The notes: generated by a model not told the origin, from the sequence alone. A DNA stretch of 52,144 nt from Candidatus Iainarchaeum sp. (GCA_038886995.1 JAWALG010000001.1:1-52144); one strand, 5' to 3'; counted from the stretch's first letter, positions 39,311 through 48,445 are shown. Made by a program: numbers and translations.

Positions 39311-39668
39311 TGTTTTTTATGAGTAGCTCTTTGCCCTGTACTGCTTGCGGTGCGTTAACATCCGGCGCAATTATAAATTCACTTACATACTGGCCTTGCC
39401 ATTCAACGAAAACCCTGTTCTTAGCAAAAGATATGTTGTAGTCGCCAAAACTCCTGAGAAAAAGTGATTTTTCCGTGCCATTGCCGCCAAGATAAACTGC
39501 ATTTATTTCAGATGCAAGTGTCCTTGCAAGAAGCTTTGCTTCCTGGGTCTTTTTAGATTGCATAAAAACATCGTGCTGGCCTGATGCAACCGAAAGCGAA
39601 AAAACAAAAATCAATAAAAAAAAGGAAAGAAGAACCATAAATTCAACAGACGCCTGAGCTTTTTGCAA
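39276..39668 (-). CDS. Class III signal peptide minor pilin (cassette B)
   Basis: MQKA|QASVEFMVLLSFFLLIF; GGTGA RBS. Confidence 0.85.
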   Translation of the reverse strand: MQKAQASVEFMVLLSFFLLIFVFSLSVASGQHDVFMQSKKTQEAKLLARTLASEINAVYLGGNGTEKSLFLRSFGDYNISFAKNRVFVEWQGQYVSEFIIAPDVNAPQAVQGKELLIKNSGGGISIAAAQ

Positions 39669-39689
39669 AAGGTCACCTTAAATATTTTA

Positions 39690-41867
39690 TCAGCCACATT
39701 TGTAGTCGATAGGCCATGGTGGCGTTGTCAATATGCTCCCATCCGAAAACATAAAGTGAATTGTAAACACGTCGTTTGAATTTATAGTGCCATCAAAAGT
39801 GATTTTTGATGTTTGAGACCTTATGACTTCTCCAGACTCTATTACAAATCCACCCCCATCTTTTATTGGGAACCACGCTCCAGGTGGTGCTTTGCCATTT
39901 TTCAAAACACCATTCTCATCAAAGTACTTTTTACCGTCATATATCGTTACTTGGTTTTTTATAAAAAAACTCACAGATGCTACTTTAGCATTACTGTTAA
40001 AATCTACTTTCATTCTTATTAGATTTAGATCTACTGGATAACTGTTCCAAAAAGTCCACCATTCGAGACCGCCACTGCTGCTTATACAAGCTGGCGACCA
40101 TGAGAAGTTTAACATGTCAGCGTATGTTGCAATCTTTATGCTCAAATTAGAGTCATCAATGTTTGCATTGCTCTGGCCTGTGATATTAGCATTAAATTGG
40201 CCCGTTGCATTTTTGTTTGCGTCAACCCTGACTGTTATAAGATTGCAGTCGCCACCTTGCAAAACACCTAAGCTTGAAGGTTCTAATGAAATGGAGATCA
40301 AATTGTTTGGATCATTAAATACTTGGTAGGAAAAGTTTGCATACTGAAGCGGACTGAAGCCGGTGTTGCAAGCAAAAATCTCAAGCTCTTGCGCGGAATC
40401 TGGAAGCATAGTGAATATTGTAACCTGCTGCCTTTCTGGGAAAAGCGATAGGAAGCCGTTTTTGTCTGGCAGTGACAGAGTCCTTATTGAAATCCTTGAT
40501 GTGTCAGAGTTTATGCTGCTTAGGCCTTCGATAAGGCCATTGTAGTCGCCATTTGCATCTTGTGGTACGCTTATTGTTATTTTTACAGGTTCACAGGCTC
40601 CTCTCTGAAGAGGCGCAATGTTTGTTGGGCTTATTGAAACCCAGTCATTTGCGTCGCGCTCCATTGAGCGCAAAAGGTTAACATCATCAAGGTCTTTAAG
40701 CCCTAAGTTGCAAGCATAGATATTGACATCCTCAGTAGAGCCCTTAAATATTGAAAGTGGATAATAGTCCGGGAAAAGGTACAGTTCGCCATCTTCTTCT
40801 GGTAAGGTAAGAACCTTTATAATAAGCACAGATGAGTCACTGTTAACACTGCTATTGCCATAAACTGTGCCAGTATAAATGCCATTTGCATCATTTGGAA
40901 CAGCCATGGTTACTTTAACAGGCATACAACTTTCTCTCACCAGGGGGGTAATATTTGAGGGGCTAAGTGATATCCAACTGTTTGCGTTGCGGTCCATTGA
41001 AATGGAAAGGGTCACACTATTTAGGTCTTCCATGCCAACATTACATGCGTAAAAATTGATGTCTTGCGTAGAGCCAGCCAATATTGATATAGGGTATTGT
41101 TCAGGGTAAAGTTCAAGCCAAGCTTTCTTTATTATTGTAGCGGAAACTTCTATTGTTACAGGCACAAATATCTCGTGTGTTTGGTTTGGGGTTATTGCAG
41201 TAAAAACTAATGATCCGGGATAAGCGCCTGCTGCAAACGCATCCGAATAGAAGTTTATGTCAAGTGTCTTTGAGCTACCTGGCTCAAGTTCAAAAGATGA
41301 GGTGTTTATATCAAAGTTTGCGTGCGTATGGCTCCAATTCTTAACTAAAGAAACCTGCGCTTTGCCATCGCCATCATTGTATATTGTGATTGTTTCCTGC
41401 TTGTCGCCACCTCTGGAAATATGCACAAAAAGTGATGTCTTGTCAAGGTAGATTTCCTCAAGGCCGAAAACAACATAGCCCTCCTTTGCCTCAACCCATA
41501 CGCGGTGCTCTCCTGGCTTCAGAGGTATTGTGCCTACTAAGTTAGCATCTCCTTTGGCATAGATATCACTGCCGGCAACATTGAACACTATGCTTGTACC
41601 TTCAATGCCGCTTTTGCTTGGGTCAATTGCGCTTGGCACTGAAAAGAAAACCCTTTTTCGTGCACCTTCGCCTTGCCTATAAACATCATTTGCCGCGTTT
41701 ATAAGGTCATTGACACTTGTAAGCGCAATCTGCTGTTGTCTCTCGAGCTGAATCTCGGATAATGAAGTGTTAGAGTATGCAATTATGGCTATAAGAATAA
41801 CAAGGCCAACTGCAAGGATAACCATAACCTCAACTGAGCTTTGGCCTTTTGAACTTTTTGAAAACAT
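39690..41867 (-). CDS. Large pilin/adhesin with tandem Ig-like repeats
   Basis: SKG|QSSVEVMVILAVGLVIL; three roughly 111-aa repeats (L.LxP..ACNxG..SP..C..V..DANG); 20 D-x-N. Confidence 0.85.
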   Translation of the reverse strand: MFSKSSKGQSSVEVMVILAVGLVILIAIIAYSNTSLSEIQLERQQQIALTSVNDLINAANDVYRQGEGARKRVFFSVPSAIDPSKSGIEGTSIVFNVAGSDIYAKGDANLVGTIPLKPGEHRVWVEAKEGYVVFGLEEIYLDKTSLFVHISRGGDKQETITIYNDGDGKAQVSLVKNWSHTHANFDINTSSFELEPGSSKTLDINFYSDAFAAGAYPGSLVFTAITPNQTHEIFVPVTIEVSATIIKKAWLELYPEQYPISILAGSTQDINFYACNVGMEDLNSVTLSISMDRNANSWISLSPSNITPLVRESCMPVKVTMAVPNDANGIYTGTVYGNSSVNSDSSVLIIKVLTLPEEDGELYLFPDYYPLSIFKGSTEDVNIYACNLGLKDLDDVNLLRSMERDANDWVSISPTNIAPLQRGACEPVKITISVPQDANGDYNGLIEGLSSINSDTSRISIRTLSLPDKNGFLSLFPERQQVTIFTMLPDSAQELEIFACNTGFSPLQYANFSYQVFNDPNNLISISLEPSSLGVLQGGDCNLITVRVDANKNATGQFNANITGQSNANIDDSNLSIKIATYADMLNFSWSPACISSSGGLEWWTFWNSYPVDLNLIRMKVDFNSNAKVASVSFFIKNQVTIYDGKKYFDENGVLKNGKAPPGAWFPIKDGGGFVIESGEVIRSQTSKITFDGTINSNDVFTIHFMFSDGSILTTPPWPIDYKCG

Positions 41868-41931
41868 ACTTAACACTATTATTATAACAATAGGAAGTTA
41901 TTAATAATAACGATTATTGCAAATAGCCAAC

Positions 41932-42882
41932 TTAGAAAATCTCAACATCTGGGTAGACCTTTATTCCGTTTGCTTCAAAGTCCAATGCAAGAACCTTATT
42001 TGTGTGCCTTGTGCCGCGCATCTTCAATATTTCGCAACAATGAACTCTAGGCCCTTTTTCGCCTTCTTTTCTGTAATACAAAGCAATAATTGCATCTGAA
42101 AGGAAGCCAAGCGAATCTGCCTTTGTCAGATGCGTGTCAGCAGGTGTTTCAGAAATTACAATGGTTGTGGTCCCCCATTTATGCAACAGATCAAAAAATT
42201 CAAGTATGCTTTGCCTTTTCACATATTCATCATGGAACAAAAGCGCATATGAAGTTATTGAATCAACAACAAGGCGTTTGGCACCAATTTCATTTATTGC
42301 ATCCTTTATTGGGCCACCACCCTCCTTCATCAGTTTTTCAACCTGGTGCGGCCTATACTCCAAAACTCTCAAAAGATTCTTCTGCTCCAAAGCCCTAAAA
42401 TCCCAACCAAAAACAAGCGCATGCCTATAAAGTGACTCCTTGTCTTCTTCAAAGGTTATGTAAATGCCTGGCTCTTTGCTTACAGTAATGCCATAGTACA
42501 AAAACTGAAGTGCAAATATTGTCTTGCCTGTGCCTGGCGCACCAACAAAAAGCACTACTGAACCTTTTTCAAAGCCACCCTCAATTAGCTCATCAAATGA
42601 CTCAACACCCGTGGAAACCCTTTCTATAACTTTTTGCGCTGGCTTATTCTCTGGAATTTTTATTTCACCTAACTGCTGTGCGCTCTTGCCTAATATAACA
42701 TTATCAAACTTTCGTGCTTGCTGAACCTGCTGTGCTGCTTCCTGCTTGGCCTCTTTTTTTGCAAGGTCTTCTGGCTTTATCTCTTGAAGCATCTCTTCCT
42801 TTTTTGAGCCCTCTTGCTTGTGTTCAGCACCAAAGGATTGAAATATTTTGCCAATGCCTTCTTTCTCTTGTTTTTCTGGCAT
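41932..42882 (-). CDS. KaiC/RAD55-family ATPase
   Basis: RVSTGVESFDELIEGG, GAPGTGKT, YITFEE, RLVVDSIT, KMRGT; low-complexity N-terminus. Confidence 0.92.
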   Translation of the reverse strand: MPEKQEKEGIGKIFQSFGAEHKQEGSKKEEMLQEIKPEDLAKKEAKQEAAQQVQQARKFDNVILGKSAQQLGEIKIPENKPAQKVIERVSTGVESFDELIEGGFEKGSVVLFVGAPGTGKTIFALQFLYYGITVSKEPGIYITFEEDKESLYRHALVFGWDFRALEQKNLLRVLEYRPHQVEKLMKEGGGPIKDAINEIGAKRLVVDSITSYALLFHDEYVKRQSILEFFDLLHKWGTTTIVISETPADTHLTKADSLGFLSDAIIALYYRKEGEKGPRVHCCEILKMRGTRHTNKVLALDFEANGIKVYPDVEIF

Positions 42883-42957
42883 AAAAGCACCAATAACGCT
42901 GAGAAATATTAAAGGAATAATTAAAGAAATATATTGAAATTAAATGCAAAATAATTA

Positions 42958-42979
42958 AAATACCAAAACTTTGGTATTT
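42958..42979. promoter_or_regulatory. Perfect 10-bp inverted repeat, candidate operator
   Basis: AAATACCAAA-AC-TTTGGTATTT upstream of the kaiC-like/pilus 2 operon. Confidence 0.6.
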
Positions 42980-42990
42980 CTCTGTAAATC

Positions 42991-43527
42991 TTATTTCTCT
43001 TCTACACGCTTTATAAGCTCTATTATTGACTTTGTTCTGGAAGCGCTTTTATAAACTGGCTCGGTTGTGAAAAACATGTTTCGGTCCCTTATGAAGTTAT
43101 ATATCCCTGGAATGCTCTCGTAGTAGTAGCTTTCAATGTGCTTCCTGTAGGACTCAACATCTTTGTAGACATGCCTTGTAAGTAGATTCCAATTGCCAGA
43201 ACCAAGCATTCCAGAAAACCAGTAAAGGTGATGGTCCTGCATTGCCTTATCAATGAATGCATTAAATGCTTCTTTTTGCGATAGGTCTGCTTGAAGAAGC
43301 ATCGTTACCTCAAGGTTATAGCCAAGTGACCTGAAATTTATTTTTGGACCATAACCCTGTATGATGCCTGCTTTATTGAGGAAGTCCAAGGAACTGATTA
43401 TTGTTGCCTTGTGGAAGCCAGTATGCTTCTTTATTCGCTCTATGCTTGGTCTTACAGACCCCTCTTTGAGAAGAGCTTCAAGAATCTTAACACGCACAGG
43501 GTCAACAACAGATTTTTTTAATACCAT
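42991..43527 (-). CDS. Lrp/AsnC-like transcriptional regulator
   Basis: N-terminal wHTH (DPVRVKILEALLKEG..GIIQGY.P.IN..LGY) plus RAM-like domain (GNWNLL); GGTGAT RBS. Confidence 0.8.
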   Translation of the reverse strand: MVLKKSVVDPVRVKILEALLKEGSVRPSIERIKKHTGFHKATIISSLDFLNKAGIIQGYGPKINFRSLGYNLEVTMLLQADLSQKEAFNAFIDKAMQDHHLYWFSGMLGSGNWNLLTRHVYKDVESYRKHIESYYYESIPGIYNFIRDRNMFFTTEPVYKSASRTKSIIELIKRVEEK

Positions 43528-43634
43528 AACATCACCAATATGATATAATAGTACATTAATAACAGTTATAAATGTTATTTTTTTACATATCAATTCGATG
43601 AATTGCTTTATATGGGTTAGTTAATAATATATAC

Positions 43635-43754
43635 GCAAAACCAAAAGGAGGGTTGTTGCAAGAACCAAAGTCGGTTAGAGGGATGGGGCAGCTCACCAGG
43701 CTAAAATGGTTTCTGAAGAGGCCCCTTCTTCCTCTAATACTTTTTCTAATATAA
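43635..43754 (+). ncRNA. Candidate structured small RNA (alternatively a 32-aa sORF at 43656-43754)
   Basis: TTTATA box at about 43607; long hairpin at 43675-43737 followed by a T-tract. Confidence 0.4.
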
Positions 43755-43763
43755 GTGGCCAGT

Positions 43764-44603
43764 TTAGCAGTTATTCAAGTCGCTATATAGTTGTTTTATC
43801 TCATTGAGCAGAGAAACCACGCTTGAATGTAAATCGTAAAGACCCCCAGTGTCTGTGCCAAGGGATTCTAGTTCATCTATTAGCTTTTCAGATTCTGAAA
43901 CAAGTGATTCCGCACCTTTTATTTTATCATAAAGGTCAGCCATGTTATTGCAATCTATTCTTTCAAAATCAATACCCTGAAAAAAGGCCTTTGATTTTTG
44001 GTAAAGAAGGCATGCTTCACCAATTACTGCCCTGGCCTTTGCTTTATTTGCCAATATACTAAAGCCGGTTTCATCCAAAAGCAATGAGTTGACATTGAAC
44101 TCTTTTGCTTTTTCAGGATACTTCAAAGAAAAAGATTTGATGCTGCTGTTGTTCTTCGCAGCTTCTTCCTTGAGAATTTTGAGTTTATCCGCAAGACCTG
44201 AAAATGATTTAAAGTAAGTGCATTCTGTAGGAGATGCTTTACTTATCTCGATAGAAACACTCTGTTTGAGCATCACAGAGTTGTTTGAGCTAAAGATATC
44301 TATCTTTTTAATCAAAAATTCTGCAAAGTTGAAATGCAGTGACCAATATTCTTTCATCATGCCAGAGCTTTTATCACGTAAGGATTCGGCCTTTTTCAAA
44401 ACAGATTTAACCTCTAAGAGAATTTTTTCTTTTGCCATGTTATTAATGTCAATTTCATGTGGACTCTTGAGTTTTTCCAAATCAACGCCTTGCCAAATGT
44501 CTGCTGGCTTGTCTTCAGTTTGGACACAGCCAGCGATAAAAAAAGAAAACAACAAAAGCATTAGGAGTATAAAAGTGGATTTATGCCTAAAGCGAAAGCT
44601 CAT
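43764..44603 (-). CDS. Predicted lipoprotein, helical
   Basis: Basic N-region, hydrophobic core, IAGC lipobox; coupled to topA. Confidence 0.75.
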   Translation of the reverse strand: MSFRFRHKSTFILLMLLLFSFFIAGCVQTEDKPADIWQGVDLEKLKSPHEIDINNMAKEKILLEVKSVLKKAESLRDKSSGMMKEYWSLHFNFAEFLIKKIDIFSSNNSVMLKQSVSIEISKASPTECTYFKSFSGLADKLKILKEEAAKNNSSIKSFSLKYPEKAKEFNVNSLLLDETGFSILANKAKARAVIGEACLLYQKSKAFFQGIDFERIDCNNMADLYDKIKGAESLVSESEKLIDELESLGTDTGGLYDLHSSVVSLLNEIKQLYSDLNNC

Positions 44604-46654
44604 TTCAGCCCACCAGTGCTCTTTGCTGTTTCTACTTTATTCTTCCAAGAATCCTTGCTTGGGCATGCTGGATCAATGCACATCTCATAGCGGAAGTTTT
44701 TTGAGTTTACTCTTATCATTGGCTTTTGGCATGTTGGGCATTTCTTTTCTAAGGGCTCGATTTTCCCTTTTTGTGGCAGAGGATATGTTACGCGACATTC
44801 TGGGTACTTTGTACAACCGAGAAAGCGTTTTCCGCTCTTACTATTTCTAACTAGAAGCATTCCCTCACAACCAGATCTTGTACACTGGAATTGCTTGCGG
44901 TCAGCCATCAGTGCTTCTCTCAACGCTTTTCCTATTTCATTTTTTTTCTCAAGGAGATCTTCTAACGCTCTCTGCAACATCTTCCTTGAATCTTCAACAA
45001 CCTCATCCTTTTCCTTTTTTGCAATTGCAATTTCATCCATTTCTTTCTCAATCTGTGCTGTCATGTCTGGCTTGATTATTGCGCTATTCTGCTTTTCAAG
45101 AGCATCCACTGTTGCAAAGGCAATCTTGTTTGGGATTATTGCCTTATTGCCCTTTATGTAGCCCCTTGCATATAACTTCTGTATTATTTCGTGCCTTGTT
45201 GACTTTGTGCCAAGGCCTAGGTCTGCCATCAATTTTATGAGAGCACCCTGGGAATACCTTGGCTTTGGTTTGGTCTCTTTTTCATGAACCCTCATTTCAA
45301 TTAGCTTTATAATGTCACCTTCTTTAAGGGCTGGCAAGATAACCTCTTCGGTGCTGCTGTAAGGGTAAATCTTCTTCCAGCCAAGCTTAAGATAGCGCTT
45401 GCCTGTTGCCACAAAGGGCTCTTTTCCAACAAGAATTTCTGTGTTTATAAATTCAGCAAGTGCATCATCGCCAAGCGTTGCTAAGAAGTGTCTGCTTATG
45501 AGCTCATATATCTTTGCATGGTTGCCGCTAAGTGGGCTTCTCGGCAGATCAACAGGATGTATCGGTGGATGATCCTTTGTTGCCTTTCCAGCTGAAGGCA
45601 TAATCTTCTTGTTCAGTATTTCACGACAATATTCTGAAAATTCTTTTTTTGAAGAAAGCTTTTCAACGATTTTTCTCAGGCCTATTGTTGCAGGATACGC
45701 CTCATTGTCGGTTCTTGGATAGCTTATGTAACCTAACTGATAAAGCTCTTCAGCAATGTTCATTGCTTGTGGTGCTGAAATGCCTATTGAGCTTGCCGCT
45801 TTCAAAAAAGCAGTTGTGTTAAAAGGCACTGGGCGCTTTATAGTTTTTTCAGAAATAATTACTTTTGCAACACGGCCATGGGGCTCTTTGCTTTTAAGAA
45901 CTTCGAGTGCCTTTTCTTTTTCCCAGAAACGCCCTTCCTTGTGCATTGCACTGAAACGCTTTCCATCCTTTTCAAACAATGCCTCAACTTCCCAGTATGG
46001 CTTTGGCTTGAACGCAAGTATCTCCTTTTCTCTGTCAACTATTAGCGCTAAGACAGGGCTTTGTACACGGCCTGCGGAAAGAAATTCCTTGCCTAGTTGC
46101 CCTGAAACTATGGAAAGAAAACGTGTTAGTACAGCGCCCCAGATAAGGTCTGTCTCACGCCTTGCGTTTGCAGAATTTGCAAGATTGAAATCTAGCTTTG
46201 TTGGATTTCTAAATGCCTCTTCAATATCCTCCTTGGTTATAGCAGAGAAAACAACCCTCTTTGTTTTTATAGCTGGATTTGCTTCATGTGCACATTGCAG
46301 TGCCTCAAGGGCAATGCTTTCTCCCTCCCTGTCATAGTCAGTTGCAAATATTATTTCGTCTGCTTCTTTTGCATACTTTATAAGTGCAGATATTATGCTT
46401 TTTTCCTTCTTAACATATTCAATCTCGCTGAAAACTAGTTTGCGCAGATCCGTGCCAACCCAAGGAGAATATTGCTTTGGAAAATCAACGTCAAGAATAT
46501 GGCCGCGCAGTGGCACTACCACATACTCTTCGCCAGCTCTGCGGAATCTGTATGCTGGTGCACTACCAACCCGCTCTTCACGAACATTGCCCTCTGCTAG
46601 AAGCTCGGCAATCCTTCTTCCAGCAATGTTTTTCTCAGCAATAATAAGTTTCAC
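44600..46654 (-). CDS. topA: DNA topoisomerase I (type IA)
   Basis: IIAEK TOPRIM, ATDYDREGE, SAGRVQSP, GYISYPRTD, GLGTKSTR, C-terminal Zn ribbons; GTG 46654 preferred. Confidence 0.97.
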   Translation of the reverse strand: MKLIIAEKNIAGRRIAELLAEGNVREERVGSAPAYRFRRAGEEYVVVPLRGHILDVDFPKQYSPWVGTDLRKLVFSEIEYVKKEKSIISALIKYAKEADEIIFATDYDREGESIALEALQCAHEANPAIKTKRVVFSAITKEDIEEAFRNPTKLDFNLANSANARRETDLIWGAVLTRFLSIVSGQLGKEFLSAGRVQSPVLALIVDREKEILAFKPKPYWEVEALFEKDGKRFSAMHKEGRFWEKEKALEVLKSKEPHGRVAKVIISEKTIKRPVPFNTTAFLKAASSIGISAPQAMNIAEELYQLGYISYPRTDNEAYPATIGLRKIVEKLSSKKEFSEYCREILNKKIMPSAGKATKDHPPIHPVDLPRSPLSGNHAKIYELISRHFLATLGDDALAEFINTEILVGKEPFVATGKRYLKLGWKKIYPYSSTEEVILPALKEGDIIKLIEMRVHEKETKPKPRYSQGALIKLMADLGLGTKSTRHEIIQKLYARGYIKGNKAIIPNKIAFATVDALEKQNSAIIKPDMTAQIEKEMDEIAIAKKEKDEVVEDSRKMLQRALEDLLEKKNEIGKALREALMADRKQFQCTRSGCEGMLLVRNSKSGKRFLGCTKYPECRVTYPLPQKGKIEPLEKKCPTCQKPMIRVNSKNFRYEMCIDPACPSKDSWKNKVETAKSTGGLK

Positions 46655-46793
46655 TTTACCACTAAAATAGCTATTTGTGTGCAAAACATAAAAAATGTAG
46701 GGGTTTTTGTTTAGTGGTAGAAGTCTAGCTTTGTTTTACAACTAGTAGTTCAATAGTTCTTTAGATAGTTTTATAAATTGAAAAAATAAAAAT

Positions 46794-47522
46794 ATGGTAA
46801 TTATGGCGAGGGGGATGTTTCCTTCTGCGGCAGAAATTGTTAGAGAGGCTGAAAGAAGCGCCCCACAAGCAGATATTAATGAAATACACTCTAAGACATT
46901 TGAACTAATTAAAAAATATAGGGAACGCTATTATAAGGATAAAGTAAAGTCTTTTCTATCAAGGAAAAGTTTGTCTGGTATTCCTCAGGATATAAAAGTA
47001 AAGCTAAAGAAAGAATTGTTAAGACCAATTAGGGTCGATGATAAAATTTACAGCAATTTTATGGAAGAGACATCCAGAAGAATCAGCCAAGTATTCCAAG
47101 TTATTTCGGGTAATATTGCTGAAATATGTGTTGAAAGAGAATTGATAAAAAATGGGTTAAAAATAGGGAAGCACTATGATAAAAAGATAGAAAGAACAGA
47201 TATAATAGTTTATTACCCTCGAAAGGATTGCTTTAAGAAAAAGCACAGAGTAGAAGTTAAAAATGTCAAATTAAGAGAAAGGGGATTACGCGGTTTGGCA
47301 TTTGATGGGGATAGTATGGTGGGTTTCTTTAATGAACCGTCAGAGTTTACAACTTCAACTATAAAACTCATAGAAAAACATTGCAAAAATACTGGTGGTT
47401 ATTGTTATGTACCACAAGAAATACTACAATATATTGACTCAAAGGGCGGAGCTTCGAGATTTAGGCTAAATACAGAATTCTCTAAAGACATAAAAAAATT
47501 TGTTGAAGAGGGAAATATCTAA
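46794..47522 (+). CDS. Putative Type II restriction endonuclease (PD-(D/E)xK, RER motif)
   Basis: SGNIAE, RTDII, VEVK..LRER; convergent with a DNA methyltransferase; AT-rich. Confidence 0.7.
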   Translation: MVIMARGMFPSAAEIVREAERSAPQADINEIHSKTFELIKKYRERYYKDKVKSFLSRKSLSGIPQDIKVKLKKELLRPIRVDDKIYSNFMEETSRRISQVFQVISGNIAEICVERELIKNGLKIGKHYDKKIERTDIIVYYPRKDCFKKKHRVEVKNVKLRERGLRGLAFDGDSMVGFFNEPSEFTTSTIKLIEKHCKNTGGYCYVPQEILQYIDSKGGASRFRLNTEFSKDIKKFVEEGNI

Positions 47523-47572
47523 AGAAAATAAAAAGGACTTTTTATACGCGAAACAGGGTCACTAAAAATTAA

Positions 47573-48445
47573 TTAGTCGATTGGGGGTCTCCAAAAGTCT
47601 AGGATATATTCAAAGGTAGTACCTAATGTTATATAATTACTTGGAAAACCAAATATGCCTGCCCCGTTTATCAGATTCCTTCTATCCCATATTATAATAT
47701 TCCTTAGCTCATATCCGGCCTTTTTCATAGCTTCTATAACATAGATATGTAGTAAAACCCTTTTATTTTCCCACCATAAATCAGTAATATTGATAACACA
47801 GTGGGCTTTTGGTTTCAACAAAGGAAAGATTTTCTTGTATATTTTAGTTAATTCCATTGCATATTTTTTTGGTTGCATAGTCCCCAAATCTCTAGGATTA
47901 TTAGAATATTGTTGTATCTTCATAAATTGCTCGTTCAGCCTCTTATCACCCCTAAGACTTTTATTTAATCTCGGCCTATTTAACATATTAGCATACGGGG
48001 GGGAGGTTACACATAATGAAACAGTCTCATCATAAAGATAATTGGAAATATTTATCGCGTCATCACAAATCATAATCTGTCGTGTGTCAGATAGCGTTTG
48101 TTGTAATAAGCGCTTTTTTGCAAATTCTACATACTTTTCACTTAAATCAAAACCAACTGCATTTCGCCCCAAATCTTTTGCAGCTAGCAGGGTAGTGCCT
48201 ACGCCAGCAAAAGGGTCTAGCACTAGCTCACCCTTGTGGGTGAATAATTCTATACATTTTTTAGGGAGAGCTATTGGGAAAACTGCCGGGTGTATGCTTT
48301 TATCTCTAATATCTCTGGCCTCATAATAAAATTCCCAAATAGCCACCTGGTTCTTTAACCATTCTTTTGGAGTTAAACAATTAATGCGTTTCTCATCACA
48401 ATTACAGGTTTTTTTATAATTTATGTCTAACTTTTTATGTATCAT
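47573..48445 (-). CDS. N4-cytosine (or N6-adenine) DNA methyltransferase
   Basis: HPAVFP, VLDPFAGVGTT (motif I), then VTSPPY (motif IV). Confidence 0.92.
   Translation of the reverse strand: MIHKKLDINYKKTCNCDEKRINCLTPKEWLKNQVAIWEFYYEARDIRDKSIHPAVFPIALPKKCIELFTHKGELVLDPFAGVGTTLLAAKDLGRNAVGFDLSEKYVEFAKKRLLQQTLSDTRQIMICDDAINISNYLYDETVSLCVTSPPYANMLNRPRLNKSLRGDKRLNEQFMKIQQYSNNPRDLGTMQPKKYAMELTKIYKKIFPLLKPKAHCVINITDLWWENKRVLLHIYVIEAMKKAGYELRNIIIWDRRNLINGAGIFGFPSNYITLGTTFEYILDFWRPPID

Noticed and set aside
40090-41120. DGR template/variable repeat pair
   Set aside because: The repeats are diverged in-frame protein domains, no adenine-specific mismatch pattern was evident, and no reverse transcriptase is present.
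43675-43737. Minus-strand GAA/A internal loop resembling an archaeal SECIS
   Set aside because: No neighbouring gene has a plausible in-frame Sec TGA, and G-U pairs favour folding on the plus strand.
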